DNA of 64,000 nt, taken from positions 507,679-571,678 of the forward strand of contig CAVZQN010000008.1 in the NCBI GenBank assembly GCA_963777505.1. The letters run 5' to 3'. A program made the position numbers and the translations under genes. Shown here one piece after another: positions 11,139 to 23,826 of this stretch. Source of the DNA: an uncultured bacterium (GTDB lineage: Bacteria; Acidobacteriota; HRBIN11; JAKEFK01). Below the pieces are notes generated by a model, which ran no database searches, was not told the origin of the DNA, and worked only from the letters and a program-made list of their open reading frames with translations. How positions within the stretch are numbered: the stretch's first letter is position 1; every line of letters begins with the position of its first letter.

Positions 11139-11582
11139 GCGAGACGCTCGTGCGCAAGGACCAGACGAAAATCGTGCTGCGCGGGCGCAAGGTCGTCGGC
11201 GGCTGCGCCGAGGGCGAGGCGATCGTCACCCGCGACACGATCTCCGGCTGGGGCGGCATCAACGAGCGCGACGGCACCGTGATCGAGCGCCGGCACGAAC
11301 TGCGCGGCCAGAGCTTCAAGGACAAGGTCCTGGTGTTTCCCGGCGCCAAGGGCTCGTCCGGCTGGTCGGCCTATTTTCACATGGCGCGGCTGAACGGCGC
11401 GTCGCCGCGGGCGATGATCTTCAACAAGATGACGACCAAGGTCGCGCTCGGCGCCGTGGTCACGCACGCGCCGGCGATGACGGAGCTGGATCAGGATCCG
11501 CTCGCAGGTGATCGAGACCGGCGACTGGGTCAAGGTCGATGCCGACAATGGCATCGTCGAAATCACCAAGCGTCGCGGCTGA
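11135..11582 (+). CDS. aconitase X swivel (small) subunit, DUF126
   Basis: GCAEGEAIVTRDTISGWGGI...KVLVFPGAKGSSGWS...TGDWVKVDADNG. ATGA overlap with the large subunit. Confidence 0.88.
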
Positions 11583-11591
11583 GGCACGGGA

Positions 11592-13343
11592 ATGTCGGAG
11601 CAGACGGCAGGCCGGCTGACGGCGAGGGGACTGGAGGGCCCGCAGCTCACCGATCGCCTGCGGCGCTGCTGCGCGGCCGCAATCTGGCGGTGCTGGCGCT
11701 GCTGCTGTTGCTCGGCTTCCTCACCGTCTATCCGATGTCGATGCTGCTCTATGGCAGCCTGCACTCGACGCCACCGGGCGCTGCTGGCGTATTCAATCTC
11801 GACGGCTACCGGGCAGATCATGACCACGCACAATCTGGTCGTGCTGCTCAATACGATCGGCATTTCCTTTGCAAAGACGGTTCCATCGCTCGCCGTCGCC
11901 ATCTTTCTTGCCTGGATCATCGCCCGTACCGATACGCCGTATCGCGCCGTGCTCGAGGTGATGATCACGCTGCCCTTCTTCGTGCCGCCGATCCTCACCG
12001 CGATGGCCTGGGGCATGCTCGGCAACGTCCAGGTCGGTCTCATCAACCAGACCTGGAAGGCGATCACCGGTTCCGAGACCTCGCCGATCAACGTCTTTTC
12101 CTATGGCGGCGTGATCTGGCACATGTCGCAATACACGACCACGTTCCTGTTCCTGTTTCTGGTCGATGCCTTCCGCGCCATGGATCCCGCGCTCGAAGAG
12201 GCAAGCCGGATGTGCGGCGCGTCGCGCTGGACCACCTTCCGCAGGATCACGCTGTTCCTGCTGCTGCCGGTGCTGACCAGCGGCGTGATGCTGAGCTTCA
12301 TCCGCGGCATCGAGAGTTTCGAGTCGCCGCTGTTCTTCGGCACGCCTGCCGGCATCAAGGTCATCTCCACCGAAATCTACGACTCCATCAGCCAGCGCGC
12401 GGTGCCGAACTATCAGTCGGCGACCGCACTGAGCTTCGTCATCATGGGTCTGATGCTGCTGCTGGTCGTCTGGCAGTGGACGGTGCTGCGCGGCAGGAGT
12501 TTCCAGACCGTCACCGGCAAGGGCTTCAACCCGGGCGTGGTCAAGCTCGGCGCGTGGCGCTGGGCGACGTTTACGTTCTGCCTGCTGTTCTTCTTCGTGA
12601 CCACGGTGCTGCCGGTCGGCCAGCTTGTGGCAGGCTCGTTCTTCAAGTTCTTCGGCTTCTACGGCTGGGACAACCTGACGCTCGAGCACTATCGCGCCGT
12701 GCTCGGCGACAGCGAATTCTGGCGCGCGACCAAGAACACCATGGTGCTCGGCCTGGTCGGCGCCACCGCGACGATGGTGCTCGGCAGCATCGTCGCCTAC
12801 GTCTCCGTGCGCACCACATGGCGCGGCCGGCGCCTGATCGACGCCATCGCCTGGCTGCCATGGATGATGCCCGGCATCGTGCTGGCAATCGGCTTCCTCT
12901 GGGGTTTCGCGATGCTGCCCGCGGCGATTCCGATCTACGGCACGGTCTGGGCGCTGTTCTTCGCCTATCTCGCGCTCGGCACGCCGGTGTCGGTGCGGGT
13001 GATGTCGGGCGCCTACGCGCAGCTTTCCTTCGATCTTGAGGAATGCTCGCGCGTGCATGGCGCGAACTTCTGGCAGACGCTGACGCGCATTCTGGTGGCG
13101 CTGGCCTGGCCGGCGTTCGCGGTCGGCTGGGTGCTGACGTTCTTCGGCATCATGCGCGAACTGTCGGCCTCGATCATGCTCTACACGACCGGCTCGGAAG
13201 TGCTGTCGGTGGTGCTGGTGAAGCGCTGGGTCAACGGGCTTGCGGAAGAGGTCAGCGTGATCGGCCTGATGATGATGGCGCTGGTGATCGTATTCCGCTG
13301 GGTGCAGCTGGTGGTGATCAAGCGGCGGATCAGTACGCTGTGA
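11592..13343 (+). CDS. ABC transporter permease (FbpB/ThiP-type, two BPD domains)
   Basis: Multi-pass membrane protein with EAA loops LEEASRMCGAS and LEECSRVHGAN. N-terminus frameshifted. Confidence 0.9.
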   Translation: MSEQTAGRLTARGLEGPQLTDRLRRCCAAAIWRCWRCCCCSASSPSIRCRCCSMAACTRRHRALLAYSISTATGQIMTTHNLVVLLNTIGISFAKTVPSLAVAIFLAWIIARTDTPYRAVLEVMITLPFFVPPILTAMAWGMLGNVQVGLINQTWKAITGSETSPINVFSYGGVIWHMSQYTTTFLFLFLVDAFRAMDPALEEASRMCGASRWTTFRRITLFLLLPVLTSGVMLSFIRGIESFESPLFFGTPAGIKVISTEIYDSISQRAVPNYQSATALSFVIMGLMLLLVVWQWTVLRGRSFQTVTGKGFNPGVVKLGAWRWATFTFCLLFFFVTTVLPVGQLVAGSFFKFFGFYGWDNLTLEHYRAVLGDSEFWRATKNTMVLGLVGATATMVLGSIVAYVSVRTTWRGRRLIDAIAWLPWMMPGIVLAIGFLWGFAMLPAAIPIYGTVWALFFAYLALGTPVSVRVMSGAYAQLSFDLEECSRVHGANFWQTLTRILVALAWPAFAVGWVLTFFGIMRELSASIMLYTTGSEVLSVVLVKRWVNGLAEEVSVIGLMMMALVIVFRWVQLVVIKRRISTL

Positions 13344-13375
13344 CGAAACAACAAGGGAAGAAACGGGAGGACAAC

Positions 13376-14399
13376 ATGTTCGGCAAGACTCTTCAAGGTG
13401 GCGGCCATTGCCGCGGCTATCGCGGCCTCGGTGATCGGCGTCGCGCGTGCGGCCGATCAGGACATGCCGGCCGACGTCGTCGCGGCGGCGAAGAAGGAGG
13501 GCAAGGTCGCCTTCTACACCTCGTTCCTGGGCGCGAAGGCGCATCTCGACATCATCAAGAGCTTCGAGGCCAAGTACGGCATCACCGTCGAATTGCTCGA
13601 CGTGCGCGCCAGCGACATGACCGAGCGCATCCGCACCGAGCAGACCTCGAAGCGCTATATCGCCGACGTCGTGCAGAACGGCGCGGCGAGCCTCGTGCGG
13701 CAGCAGCGCCAGGGCTACATCCAGAACGCATGGCGGCATCCCCAACGCGAAGAATCTGCTCAAGGATCACCAGGCCAGCGACTTCGGCGTGCCGACCTAC
13801 ATTCTCGGCTACGGCATCCTGATCAACACCAATGCGGTCAAGGGCGCCGACGTGCCGAAATCCTGGCAGGACATCAAGGACCCGAAGTGGAAGGGCAAGA
13901 TCATCTCCGACGATCCGCGCGCGCTGGGCGGCGGCAACGTGATGTTCTCCGCCTTCCAGGACAAGCTCGGCGACGCCTACAACACCGCACTCTCGCAGCA
14001 GGGCTGGTGCTGAGCCGCGACGTCGGCAATGACGAGCGCCGTGTCGCCCGCGGCGAGTATCCGATGCGCATTCCGCAGCTGTTCTCGAACTGGCTGGCGC
14101 TGAAGTCGCTGCCGGTGAAGTTCATCGCGCCGGAAGAGGGCCTGCCCTACATCCGCTTCGATTTCGGCATCCTGACCGGCGCGCCGCATCCGAACGCCGC
14201 GCGCCTGTTCATCAACCACTACCTCAGCGAGCAGGTGCAGACGGCCTACGCGGTTGCGGGACTGATACCGACCGTCGACGGCATTCTCGACAAGGCGGGC
14301 GAGGCGGGTGCCGAACTGAAGGGCATCAAGCTGCTCGGCACCACCGATGTGGACCGGCAGGATACGATGCTCGATCGCGCCAAGCAACTCTATCCGTGA
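13376..14399 (+). CDS. ABC transporter extracellular solute-binding protein (frameshifted)
   Basis: Signal peptide, AAAKKEGKVAFYT, PKSWQDIKDPKWKGKI and APHPNAARLFINH. Confidence 0.88.
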
Positions 14400-14421
14400 T
14401 CTGAAAGGCTGCGAGTAATCG

Positions 14422-15523
14422 ATGACTGCTGTTCTGCTCGAAAACGTCAGCCGCGCCTTCGGCACGGCGCTTGCGGTGGATCGGGTCAACCTGAAGGTCG
14501 AGGCGGGCGAGTTCCTGACGCTGCTCGGCCCGTCCGGCTGCGGCAAGACCACCACGCTGCGCATGATCGCGGGGCTGGAGCAGAACACGACCGGGCGCAT
14601 CACCATCGGCGACGCGGTCGTCAGCGACGCCGATCGCTCGATCTTCGTGGCGGCGGAGCGCCGCCGCCTCGGCATGGTGTTCCAGTCCTACGCGATCTGG
14701 CCGCACATGACGGTGTTCGACAACGTCGCCTATCCCTTGCGCATCCGCCGCCGCCCGCGGCCGAGATCAAGGAGCGGGTGATGAAGACGCTCGGTCTCGT
14801 CGAGATGGAGCAGCTACGCCGAGCGTCCGGCGCCGGCGCTGTCGGGCGGCCAGCAGCAGCGCGTCGCCATTGCGCGCGCGCTGGTGTTCGAGCCCGAGGT
14901 GCTGCTGCTCGACGAGCCGCTGTCGAACCTCGATGCGCGGCTGCGGACGCAGATGGGCGACGAATTCCGCAAGCTGCAGAAGCGGCTCGGCATCACCAGC
15001 CTTTACGTCACGCACGATCAGGAAGAGGCGATGGCGCTGTCCGACCGCGTGGTGGTGATGCAGGGCGGCAAGATCCTGCAGGTCGGCTCGCCGGAAGAAA
15101 TCTATCAGCGGCCCGGCAGCCGCAGCGTCGCCGCCTTCTTCGGTTCGCCCAACCTGCTCGACGCCGAGGTGACGGCGAGCCAGCCGGCGGAGGCCGGCTA
15201 CTTCCGCCTCGACGTCGCCGGCAAGGACTGGCGCGGCCAGTGCCGCGCGGCCGCGCGTCTTTCGCCCGGCACGCGTGTCGGCGTGCTGGTGCGGCCGGAG
15301 ACGATTTCGCTGTCGTCGAACGGCGCGGCCGGCGACGGCCGATGCCATCCGCTGGACGGGCAAGGTGAAGGACATGATTTTCCGCGGCTCGCGCCGTTCG
15401 ATCGCGGTGGAGACGGCGGCGCAAACGCTGCGCGTCGAGGCGCCGTCGCAGCAGCCGGTTGCGGTCGGCGATACCGTCACGCTGACGACGCCGGCGAACA
15501 CCGCCTGGGCGATCGAAGGCTGA
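14422..15523 (+). CDS. ABC transporter ATP-binding protein with TOBE domain (frameshifted)
   Basis: [31 protein letters not shown] and YVTHDQEEA. Confidence 0.92.
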
Positions 15524-15525
15524 AG

Positions 15526-17265
15526 ATGGCCAGAAAGCTTCGCAGCAACGCGGAATACGGCAATGCGCGCTGGGCGACGCGGCGCGCGCTGTGGCGCGCG
15601 CTCGGCCTGACGGACGCGGACTTCGACAAGCCGAAGATCGCGGTGGTGAATTCATCGTCCGATCTGGCGATCTGCTACTCCCATCTCGACGGCATTGCCA
15701 AGCGCATGAAGGAGGCGATCCGCGCCGCCGGCGCCGTCGCCTTCGAGGTGCGCACCACCGCGCCGGCCGACTTCGTCACCTCGTGGGGCCATCGCGGCGG
15801 CTACATCCTCTCCGCGCGCGACCTGATCACCAACGACATCGAGGCGCAGGTCGAGGGCGCGCTGCTCGACGGCATGGTCTGCCTCGCCTCCTGCGACAAG
15901 ACCCCGCCCGGCCAGCTGATGGCCGCGGGACGGCTGAACATCCCGACGCTGATCTTCTGCTGCGGCTACCAGCCGAGCGGCCAGCACAAGGGCCATCTCT
16001 GCGACATCGAGGACGTGTTCGCGACCGCCGGCGGGCTGGCCTTCGGCAAGGTCTCGATCGACGAGATCAAGGAGATGAGCGACGTCGCCATCCAGGGGCC
16101 CGGCGTCTGCGCCGGCATGGGCACGGCCAACACGCTGCATGCCGCCTGCGAGGCGCTCGGCATGTCGCTGCCCGGCTCGACGCCGATCCTCGCCAACAGC
16201 GACAGGATGTGGGAGTTCGTCGAACAGGCGGGCAGGCGCATCGTCGCGATGATCGACGAGGACCTGAAGCCGCGCGACATTCTCACGACCGAGGCGTTCG
16301 AGAACGCGGTGATGGTCATGCTCTGCGTCAGCGGCTCGATCAACTCGGCCAAGCATCTGGCGGCGGTCGCGCAGGAGGCCGGCTGCGACGTCGACGTCTA
16401 CAAGCTGTTCGAAAAATATGCCGACGTCATTCCGCTGCTGACCGCGGTGCGTCCGAACGGCGACGCCACCACCGAAGCCTTCGAGGCGGCCGGCGGCACG
16501 CAGGGCGTGATGAAGCAGCTGCAGCAGTTCATGAAGACCGGCGCGCGGACCGTCACCGGCAAGACGCTGGCCGAGAATCTCGCGAGCTTCAAGGTGACGG
16601 ACGAGGAGACCATCCGTCCGGTCTCGCGTCCGCTCGGCAAGCATCCGACCATCGTCATGCTGCGCGGCAGCCTCTCGCCGGAAACCAGCATCGTCAAACT
16701 CAGCGTCACCGAGCAGCGCAATCTGCAGCTGCGCGGCCCCGCGGTCGTGTTCGAGAACGCGCTCGACGCCATCAACGGCATCCAGGACGGCAAGGTCAGC
16801 GCCGGCCAGGTGGTCGTCGTGCGCGGCCTCGGCCCGAGGGGAACGCCCGGCATGGGCGTCGCGTCGGCGGTGGTCTTCGCCGTGCTCGGCGCGGGGCTCG
16901 CCGGCAAGGTCGCCGTCGTCACCGATGGTCAGCTTTCGGGCCTCACCAATGTCGGCATCACCGTCGCCGAGGTTGCGCCCGAAGCGGCGGCCGGCGGTCC
17001 GATCGGCCTGGTCGAGAACGGCGACATCATCGCCATCGACGTCGAGAAGCGGACGGCCGATCTTGAAGTCTCCGAGCCGAAGCTCGCGCGCCGTCGCAGG
17101 AACATGACGCGCTGGGACAAGACCGACGAGCGCGGCTGGCTGGCCATGTACCGCGAACTGGTCGAGCCGGTCGGCAAAGGCCGATTCTCCGGCGTTGAGC
17201 GCGCCTCTCGCTTGCGGGACGACAGCGTTAACGGTGCGTCAATAAACGCGGTTACCAAAGCCTGA
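15526..17265 (+). CDS. dihydroxy-acid dehydratase family (IlvD/Edd) enzyme, divergent
   Basis: [35 protein letters not shown] and [21 protein letters not shown]. Confidence 0.88.
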   Translation: MARKLRSNAEYGNARWATRRALWRALGLTDADFDKPKIAVVNSSSDLAICYSHLDGIAKRMKEAIRAAGAVAFEVRTTAPADFVTSWGHRGGYILSARDLITNDIEAQVEGALLDGMVCLASCDKTPPGQLMAAGRLNIPTLIFCCGYQPSGQHKGHLCDIEDVFATAGGLAFGKVSIDEIKEMSDVAIQGPGVCAGMGTANTLHAACEALGMSLPGSTPILANSDRMWEFVEQAGRRIVAMIDEDLKPRDILTTEAFENAVMVMLCVSGSINSAKHLAAVAQEAGCDVDVYKLFEKYADVIPLLTAVRPNGDATTEAFEAAGGTQGVMKQLQQFMKTGARTVTGKTLAENLASFKVTDEETIRPVSRPLGKHPTIVMLRGSLSPETSIVKLSVTEQRNLQLRGPAVVFENALDAINGIQDGKVSAGQVVVVRGLGPRGTPGMGVASAVVFAVLGAGLAGKVAVVTDGQLSGLTNVGITVAEVAPEAAAGGPIGLVENGDIIAIDVEKRTADLEVSEPKLARRRRNMTRWDKTDERGWLAMYRELVEPVGKGRFSGVERASRLRDDSVNGASINAVTKA

Positions 17266-17332
17266 AAATCATCGGACAATTTTAAGGACTTCACCGCACT
17301 GTGGTTGCAGCACTGCCGGTGCGCGTGGTGTC

Positions 17333-19052
17333 GTGATGCGAGTTCCCGTTGCAGCTGCTTTAGTTCTCGTTGCCGGGCTCGGAACGGCGGGCGCGGCCGA
17401 TCCGCCCGTGTTCATTCCGCGCGAGCGTGCCACCGCCAGCAGGTCTGGACCTGGACCGGGTTCTACGGCGGCACCCACAGCGGCGGCGGCTTCGGTCTCA
17501 CGCAACTTCAGGGGCGCAGGGCCGTCGATCTACGGCGACACCGTCCGCAGCCCGATGGCGATTGGCGGGGCGCAGCTCGGCTACAACTGGCAGATGCCCG
17601 GCACAGCTTTCGTGTTCGGCGTCGAAGCCGACGCCAGCATCCTCACGTCCGACGGAACCAACACCTGCCTCGCGTCGTCCGGCTCGATCCTCTCGGCGAA
17701 CTGCCGGGTCAGCCAGACGTTTCGCCGGCAGCGTCACCGGACGCGCGGGATACGCAGCCGGGGCTGGCGGGCGCACGCTGCTGTTCGTCAAGGGCGGCGG
17801 GGCTGCGCTGCATGAGACGATCGATATTACCACCAATGGCGGTCCGTACCCGCCGATCACGACGGCCACGACGGGCACGCGGTTCGGCTGGACGGCGGGC
17901 GCAGGCGTCGAGCGTGCGCTGACGCCGACCTGGTCGCTGAAGTTCGAATACGACTACATCGGACTTCGGCGGCGCGGAGATCGCGACCCCGGTGACGTTC
18001 CGGCAAGCTGGTCCCGCTTGCAAATGCCTACGTCGCGCTGCCCGGCGGCACCGTCGACGCGCGGCAGAGCATGCACGCGATCAAACTCGGCGTGAACGCG
18101 AAACTCGGCGAGGATTCGCGCGCCATCTGGCGTCCCTTCGACGGCGACTATCGCCTGCGTGGCGCGACGGAGGACGTGCGTCTCGGCGGTCGAGGTCGAG
18201 ATCGGCACGCGCGCTTGGTACAGCTTTGGCCGTCATCAGAAAGACCTTGGCGGCTCGACGCTGCCGTTCGACCAGAATTTCCTCGTGTCGCGGCTGACCT
18301 ACGACAGCAGCGCCTGGTCCGGTGAGGCGTTCGGCCGCGTCGATACGACTGAAGGCGTGTTCGTCAAAGGATTTGCCGGCGGCGGCAGGCTGGTCTCCGG
18401 CAAGATGCACGACGAAGACTGGCTGCTCGCCGGCAACACCATTCCGTATTCGAACACGCTGTCCGATCCGGTCAAGGGTTCGCTTGGCTACGCGGCGCTC
18501 GACGTCGGCTACGCGATGTTCAGGGGTCCGAGCGCAAAGGTCGGCGGCTTCTCGGCTACAGCCTACCTCAGCGACAGCTATTCCGCCTTCGGCTGTTCGC
18601 AGATCGTCCTGCCGAACGCTGGTGTGCGCGCCGGCGATGCCGAACACGACTCTCGTGATCACGCAGGACAATGTGTGGCACGCGGCCCGCGTCGGCCTCA
18701 GCGGCGTGGCTACACTTGGCGGCGGACTCACGCTGCAGCGGTCGATGCCGCATGGCTGCCGCTGGTGAGCTTTCGCGGCGTGGACAATCATGTGCTGCGC
18801 ACCGACGTCGCCGACACGGTATCGAAGGAAAGCGGCAAGGGGCAGGGCGTCCAGCTCGAAGCCCTGGTTTCCTACGCCTTCGACCCGTCGTTCAGCGTCG
18901 GCGCCGGCGGACGCTACTGGTCGATGTGGACGGACACGGACGCCTTGGTCAACATCTTCGGAACGGCGTGTCCCTGCCAGACGCTGCCGTCGCGGACCGA
19001 GCGCTACGGCGCATTCGTGCAGGCTGCGTACAGGTTCGGCGTGCCGAAATAG
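17333..19052 (+). CDS. outer-membrane beta-barrel protein: Omp25/RopB-like domain fused to an omptin-like domain (frameshifted)
   Basis: Signal peptide, WTWTGFYGG, GGAQLGYNWQ and GWTAGAGVERALTPTWSLKFEYDY. A second barrel contains MHDEDW and VDNH and ends in AYRF. Confidence 0.75.
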
Positions 19053-19149
19053 CCTTTTGCCGGAGCCGCCGCTGGCGCTTGCTGTTGCTTGTTCCGCGCG
19101 CATCGCCGATCATTGTGCCGCAATCGAACTGGCAGCGATGCGAGGCGGA

Positions 19150-20423
<1,274 letters not shown>

Positions 20424-20550
20424 TGTTTTATGAATTCGGTAATTAATTTGAAACCATAGGCATGCAGGCGCCGAAACGTTAACTCAGCGGTTGGCGATCC
20501 GCCTTAAGCATGAGGTCCGCACCAGGGGATTTGGGATCAGGAGCTCGAGC

Positions 20551-21554
20551 ATGGCGGATGACCCGCACGCAGGCGCGCGCCGCGCGAAGACCCCGCCGTT
20601 CCTGCTCTACGGCGTGCTGCTGTTCTGCTTCGGCATCGCGGTCTATCTGTTCGGCGTGCTGCTGGTGTTTCCGCGCTATCTGTTGGGTCTGCGCGAACTG
20701 CTCGATCCGGTCGCCGAATGGCTCGTCTGGTACAGCGGCGTGCCGATCGTGCCGGGCTCGCGCTCGCGCTGTTCGACCTGCTGGTGCTGTTTCATCGCAA
20801 GAAGCCGAACGTGCCGGTCCGCTACGAGCCGGTGCGCCGCCGGCGCGTCACCGTCGCGCTGACCGCCTACAACGACGAAGAAAGCATCGCCAGCGCGGTG
20901 AAGGACTTTCTCGCGCATCCGCTGGTCGAGCGCGTCATCGTCGTCAGCAACAACTCGAAGGACCGCACCTTCGAGCGCGCCGAAGGCGCCGGCGCCATCA
21001 CGTTCAACGAGGTCGCGCCCGGCTACGGCCGCTGCGTCTTCCGCTGCCTGACCGAGGCCGTGCGCTTCGACGACACCGAGTTCGTCGTGCTGTGCGAGGG
21101 CGACCGGACCTTCCGCGCCTATGACATCGAGAAGCTGCTCGCCTATGCGCCGCATGCCGACATCGTCAACGGCACGCGCACCGTCGAGCCGCTGCGGCAG
21201 TATCTGACCCAGCTCACCACCTTCATGTACTACGGCAACATCTTCGTCGGCAAGCTGCTCGAGGCCAAGCATCTCGGCCGCGGCACGATCACCGACGTCG
21301 GAACCACCTACAAGCTGTGCCGGCGCGAGGCTCTGATGCCGCTGCTCGGCAAGCTGAAGCCGTCGGTCAATCTCGAGTTCAACGCGCATTTCCTCGACAC
21401 CGCGCTCGACAACGACCTCGTCCTGCTCGAGTGCCCGATCACGTTCCACCCGCGCGTCGGTCTGAGCAAGGGCGGCAACGTCAACAACTGGCGCGGCCTG
21501 CAGGTGGGCGTGCGGATGATCGTCGGTCTGTTCGGAGACTGGCGCTACGCATGA
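20551..21554 (+). CDS. glycosyltransferase family 2 with N-terminal TM segments (frameshifted)
   Basis: VTVALTAYNDEESI, IVVSNNSKDRT, GYGRC, LCEGDRTF and VNGTR. Confidence 0.85.
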
Positions 21555-22187
21555 GCGGTTACCACGCGTCGCGGCTGACCGAGGACCCCAGGCGCGGCAG
21601 TGTCTGGCGTGCGCTGTGGCGCTATTACTTTTCGCGATCGTATCGGCAGGGACGATTGCGTGCTCGATCTCGGCGCGGCTACGGCGACTTCATCAACAAC
21701 GTGGTCGCGCGCCGCCGCATCGCCGTCGACATCTGGGATGGCGTGCGCGAGCACCTTGCGCCCGGTGTGGAGGCGATCGTCGGACCGGTGCATGAGCTGG
21801 ACGCGATCGCCGACAGCGCGTCGACTACGCGTTCGCATCGAACGTGTTCGAACACATCCCGCAGGAGATGCTGGTCAAGGTACTGGCTGCGCTGAAACGC
21901 ACATTCTCGGCGCGCGGACGGCTGACCATCCTCCAGCCCAATTACCGCTACGCCTTTCGCGAGTATTTCGACGACTACACCCATGTCTCGGTCTACTCGC
22001 ACATCAGCCTCCCCGATTTCCTGCGCGCCAACGGCTGGGAGGTGCTCGAGGTTCGGCCGCGCTTCCTGCCGCTGACGGTCAAGTCGCGCCTGCCGATCTG
22101 GTCGATCCTGATTGCGGCCTATCTCAAATCGCCCTTCAAGCCGATGGGCAAGCAGATGCTCGTCGTCGCGCGCCCGGTCCGCCGTGA
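21551..22187 (+). CDS. class I SAM-dependent methyltransferase (frameshifted)
   Basis: VLDLGAGYG (reconstructed), ASNVFEH and LQPNYRYAFREYFDDYTH. ATGA overlap with the GT2 gene. Confidence 0.8.
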
Positions 22188-23747
22188 TCGACATCCTGGT
22201 CTGGGATCGCGGGGCACGCGATCAGAGTTCGCCTTCAGCAAGGCGTCATCGCGCTCGCTGCGATCGTTGCGGTGTTGCTGCTGCGAAATCTCGGCACGCT
22301 GCTCGTTTTTTCGTTCAATGCGCTGTCTTACCCCTACAGCCTCGACTATGGCGAAGGCATCGTCTGGCAGCAGATGCGCGACATGCTGCAGGGGACCGCT
22401 TATGGTCCCCTCGAGGTCTATCCGGCAATCGTCTATCACTATCCTCCGGTCTTCCACCTGGTCGCCGGGGCAACTGCGGCGATCAGCGGTGCCGATCAAC
22501 TGGCGGCGGGCCGCGCAGTCGAAGTCGTTTCGTCGTTCGGTGACCGCGGTTCTCATCACGAGCCTGACCATGCTGGCGATTGGGACGGGAGTACTCCGTT
22601 GGGATCAGAACCACTTGCGGTATCGTTGCGGCACTGATGTTCCTGAGTTGCGGCCCGGTTATCGCTTGGACACCGCTGATGCGCGTGGACATGTTGGCAA
22701 ACGCGCTTGGCTTGCTCGGCCTCGTGTTCGCCATCCGCGCGATCGATCGTCCGGCCTGGATTTACGCTGCATCGGTCGCGTTCGTGTTGTCTCTTTACAC
22801 CAAGCAGATCGGGATCGCTGCACCGATGGCGGCCTTTGCTGTTCTGCTGCTGGTCGACCGGAAGACAGCCTTGCGTGGGCTTGCGGCTTCGACCCTGCTT
22901 GGGCTGATTATCCTGGGTACGCTGACGTGGCTGACCGATGGCGGGTTCGTCCGCCACATCTTCATGTACAACGTGAACCGGCTCGATCTTATCCCGGCTT
23001 GTCTACCTGGCAACCGGGGTAGGCAGCCATCTGCCGCTTGTCTTGCTGGCATGGCAGGCACGTTCTACAGCTGGCAGGTTGTGTCAGGGCAGGCGGGACC
23101 GTAGCCCTGCAATCGGTTCGCGCGTTGAAGGGTGATCGCACCGCCATTGCGTCGCTCGTTCTTCTTGCTCTCCTCGCTATCAGGACGTTGATGCTGCCGG
23201 CTATTCTGAAGTCGGGTTCTAACCACAACTACTTGATTGAATGGCTGTCGGTGCTGGCGATCTTTGCCGGCATCGCGATGAACCAGGTGATTGCACTGGC
23301 GTTTGGAAGGTCCGCACGACTCGGAAAGGCGCCCCTGCTGCTTTCTCTTGCGGCAACTGTCGCGTTCATGCCGCTGCTGCTTGGCCGGGAAATCAGTGCT
23401 CGGCAGAATGGACTGACCGAGCAGCGGAATTGACGCCGCTCGTGGAGCGAATCGCGGCAGCGCGCAAGCCCGTGATTGCCGACGATATGACGCTTCTCAT
23501 CCGTGCCGGCCGGAGGGTCGATTGGGAGCCTGCGATCGCAGCCGAGCTTGCGCATACTGGCCTGTACGATGAAGCTGCATTCGCCAACTTGATCCGTGCC
23601 GGCCATTTCGCCTTCTTCGTTACCGAAGAGAGGATGGGGACCAAGGTGTTTAACGAGCGCTACAACGACGCGGTCGCCACCGCCATCAAGGACCTCTATC
23701 CGCGTCAGGAGGACGTTGGCGGAGACACCTTGCACCTGCCGCGGTAG
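22184..23747 (+). CDS. multi-pass membrane glycosyltransferase (GT-C-like; frameshifted)
   Basis: YPYSLDYGEG loop, YHYPPVFH, RVDMLA and YTKQ, many TM helices and a C-terminal soluble domain. Confidence 0.6.
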
Positions 23748-23826
23748 TGGTTGATCGCGAGCACAGTCGCGCCCACTGTCCGAATTGTTCAAGCAACCGG
23801 CTTGCGAAGGCGCTAGAGTTGTGCGC

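Noticed and set aside
14884-17265. Apparent ABC ATPase-dehydratase fusion (793 aa)
   Set aside because: A frameshift artefact. The ATPase has its own stop at 15523 and the dehydratase its own ATG at 15526.
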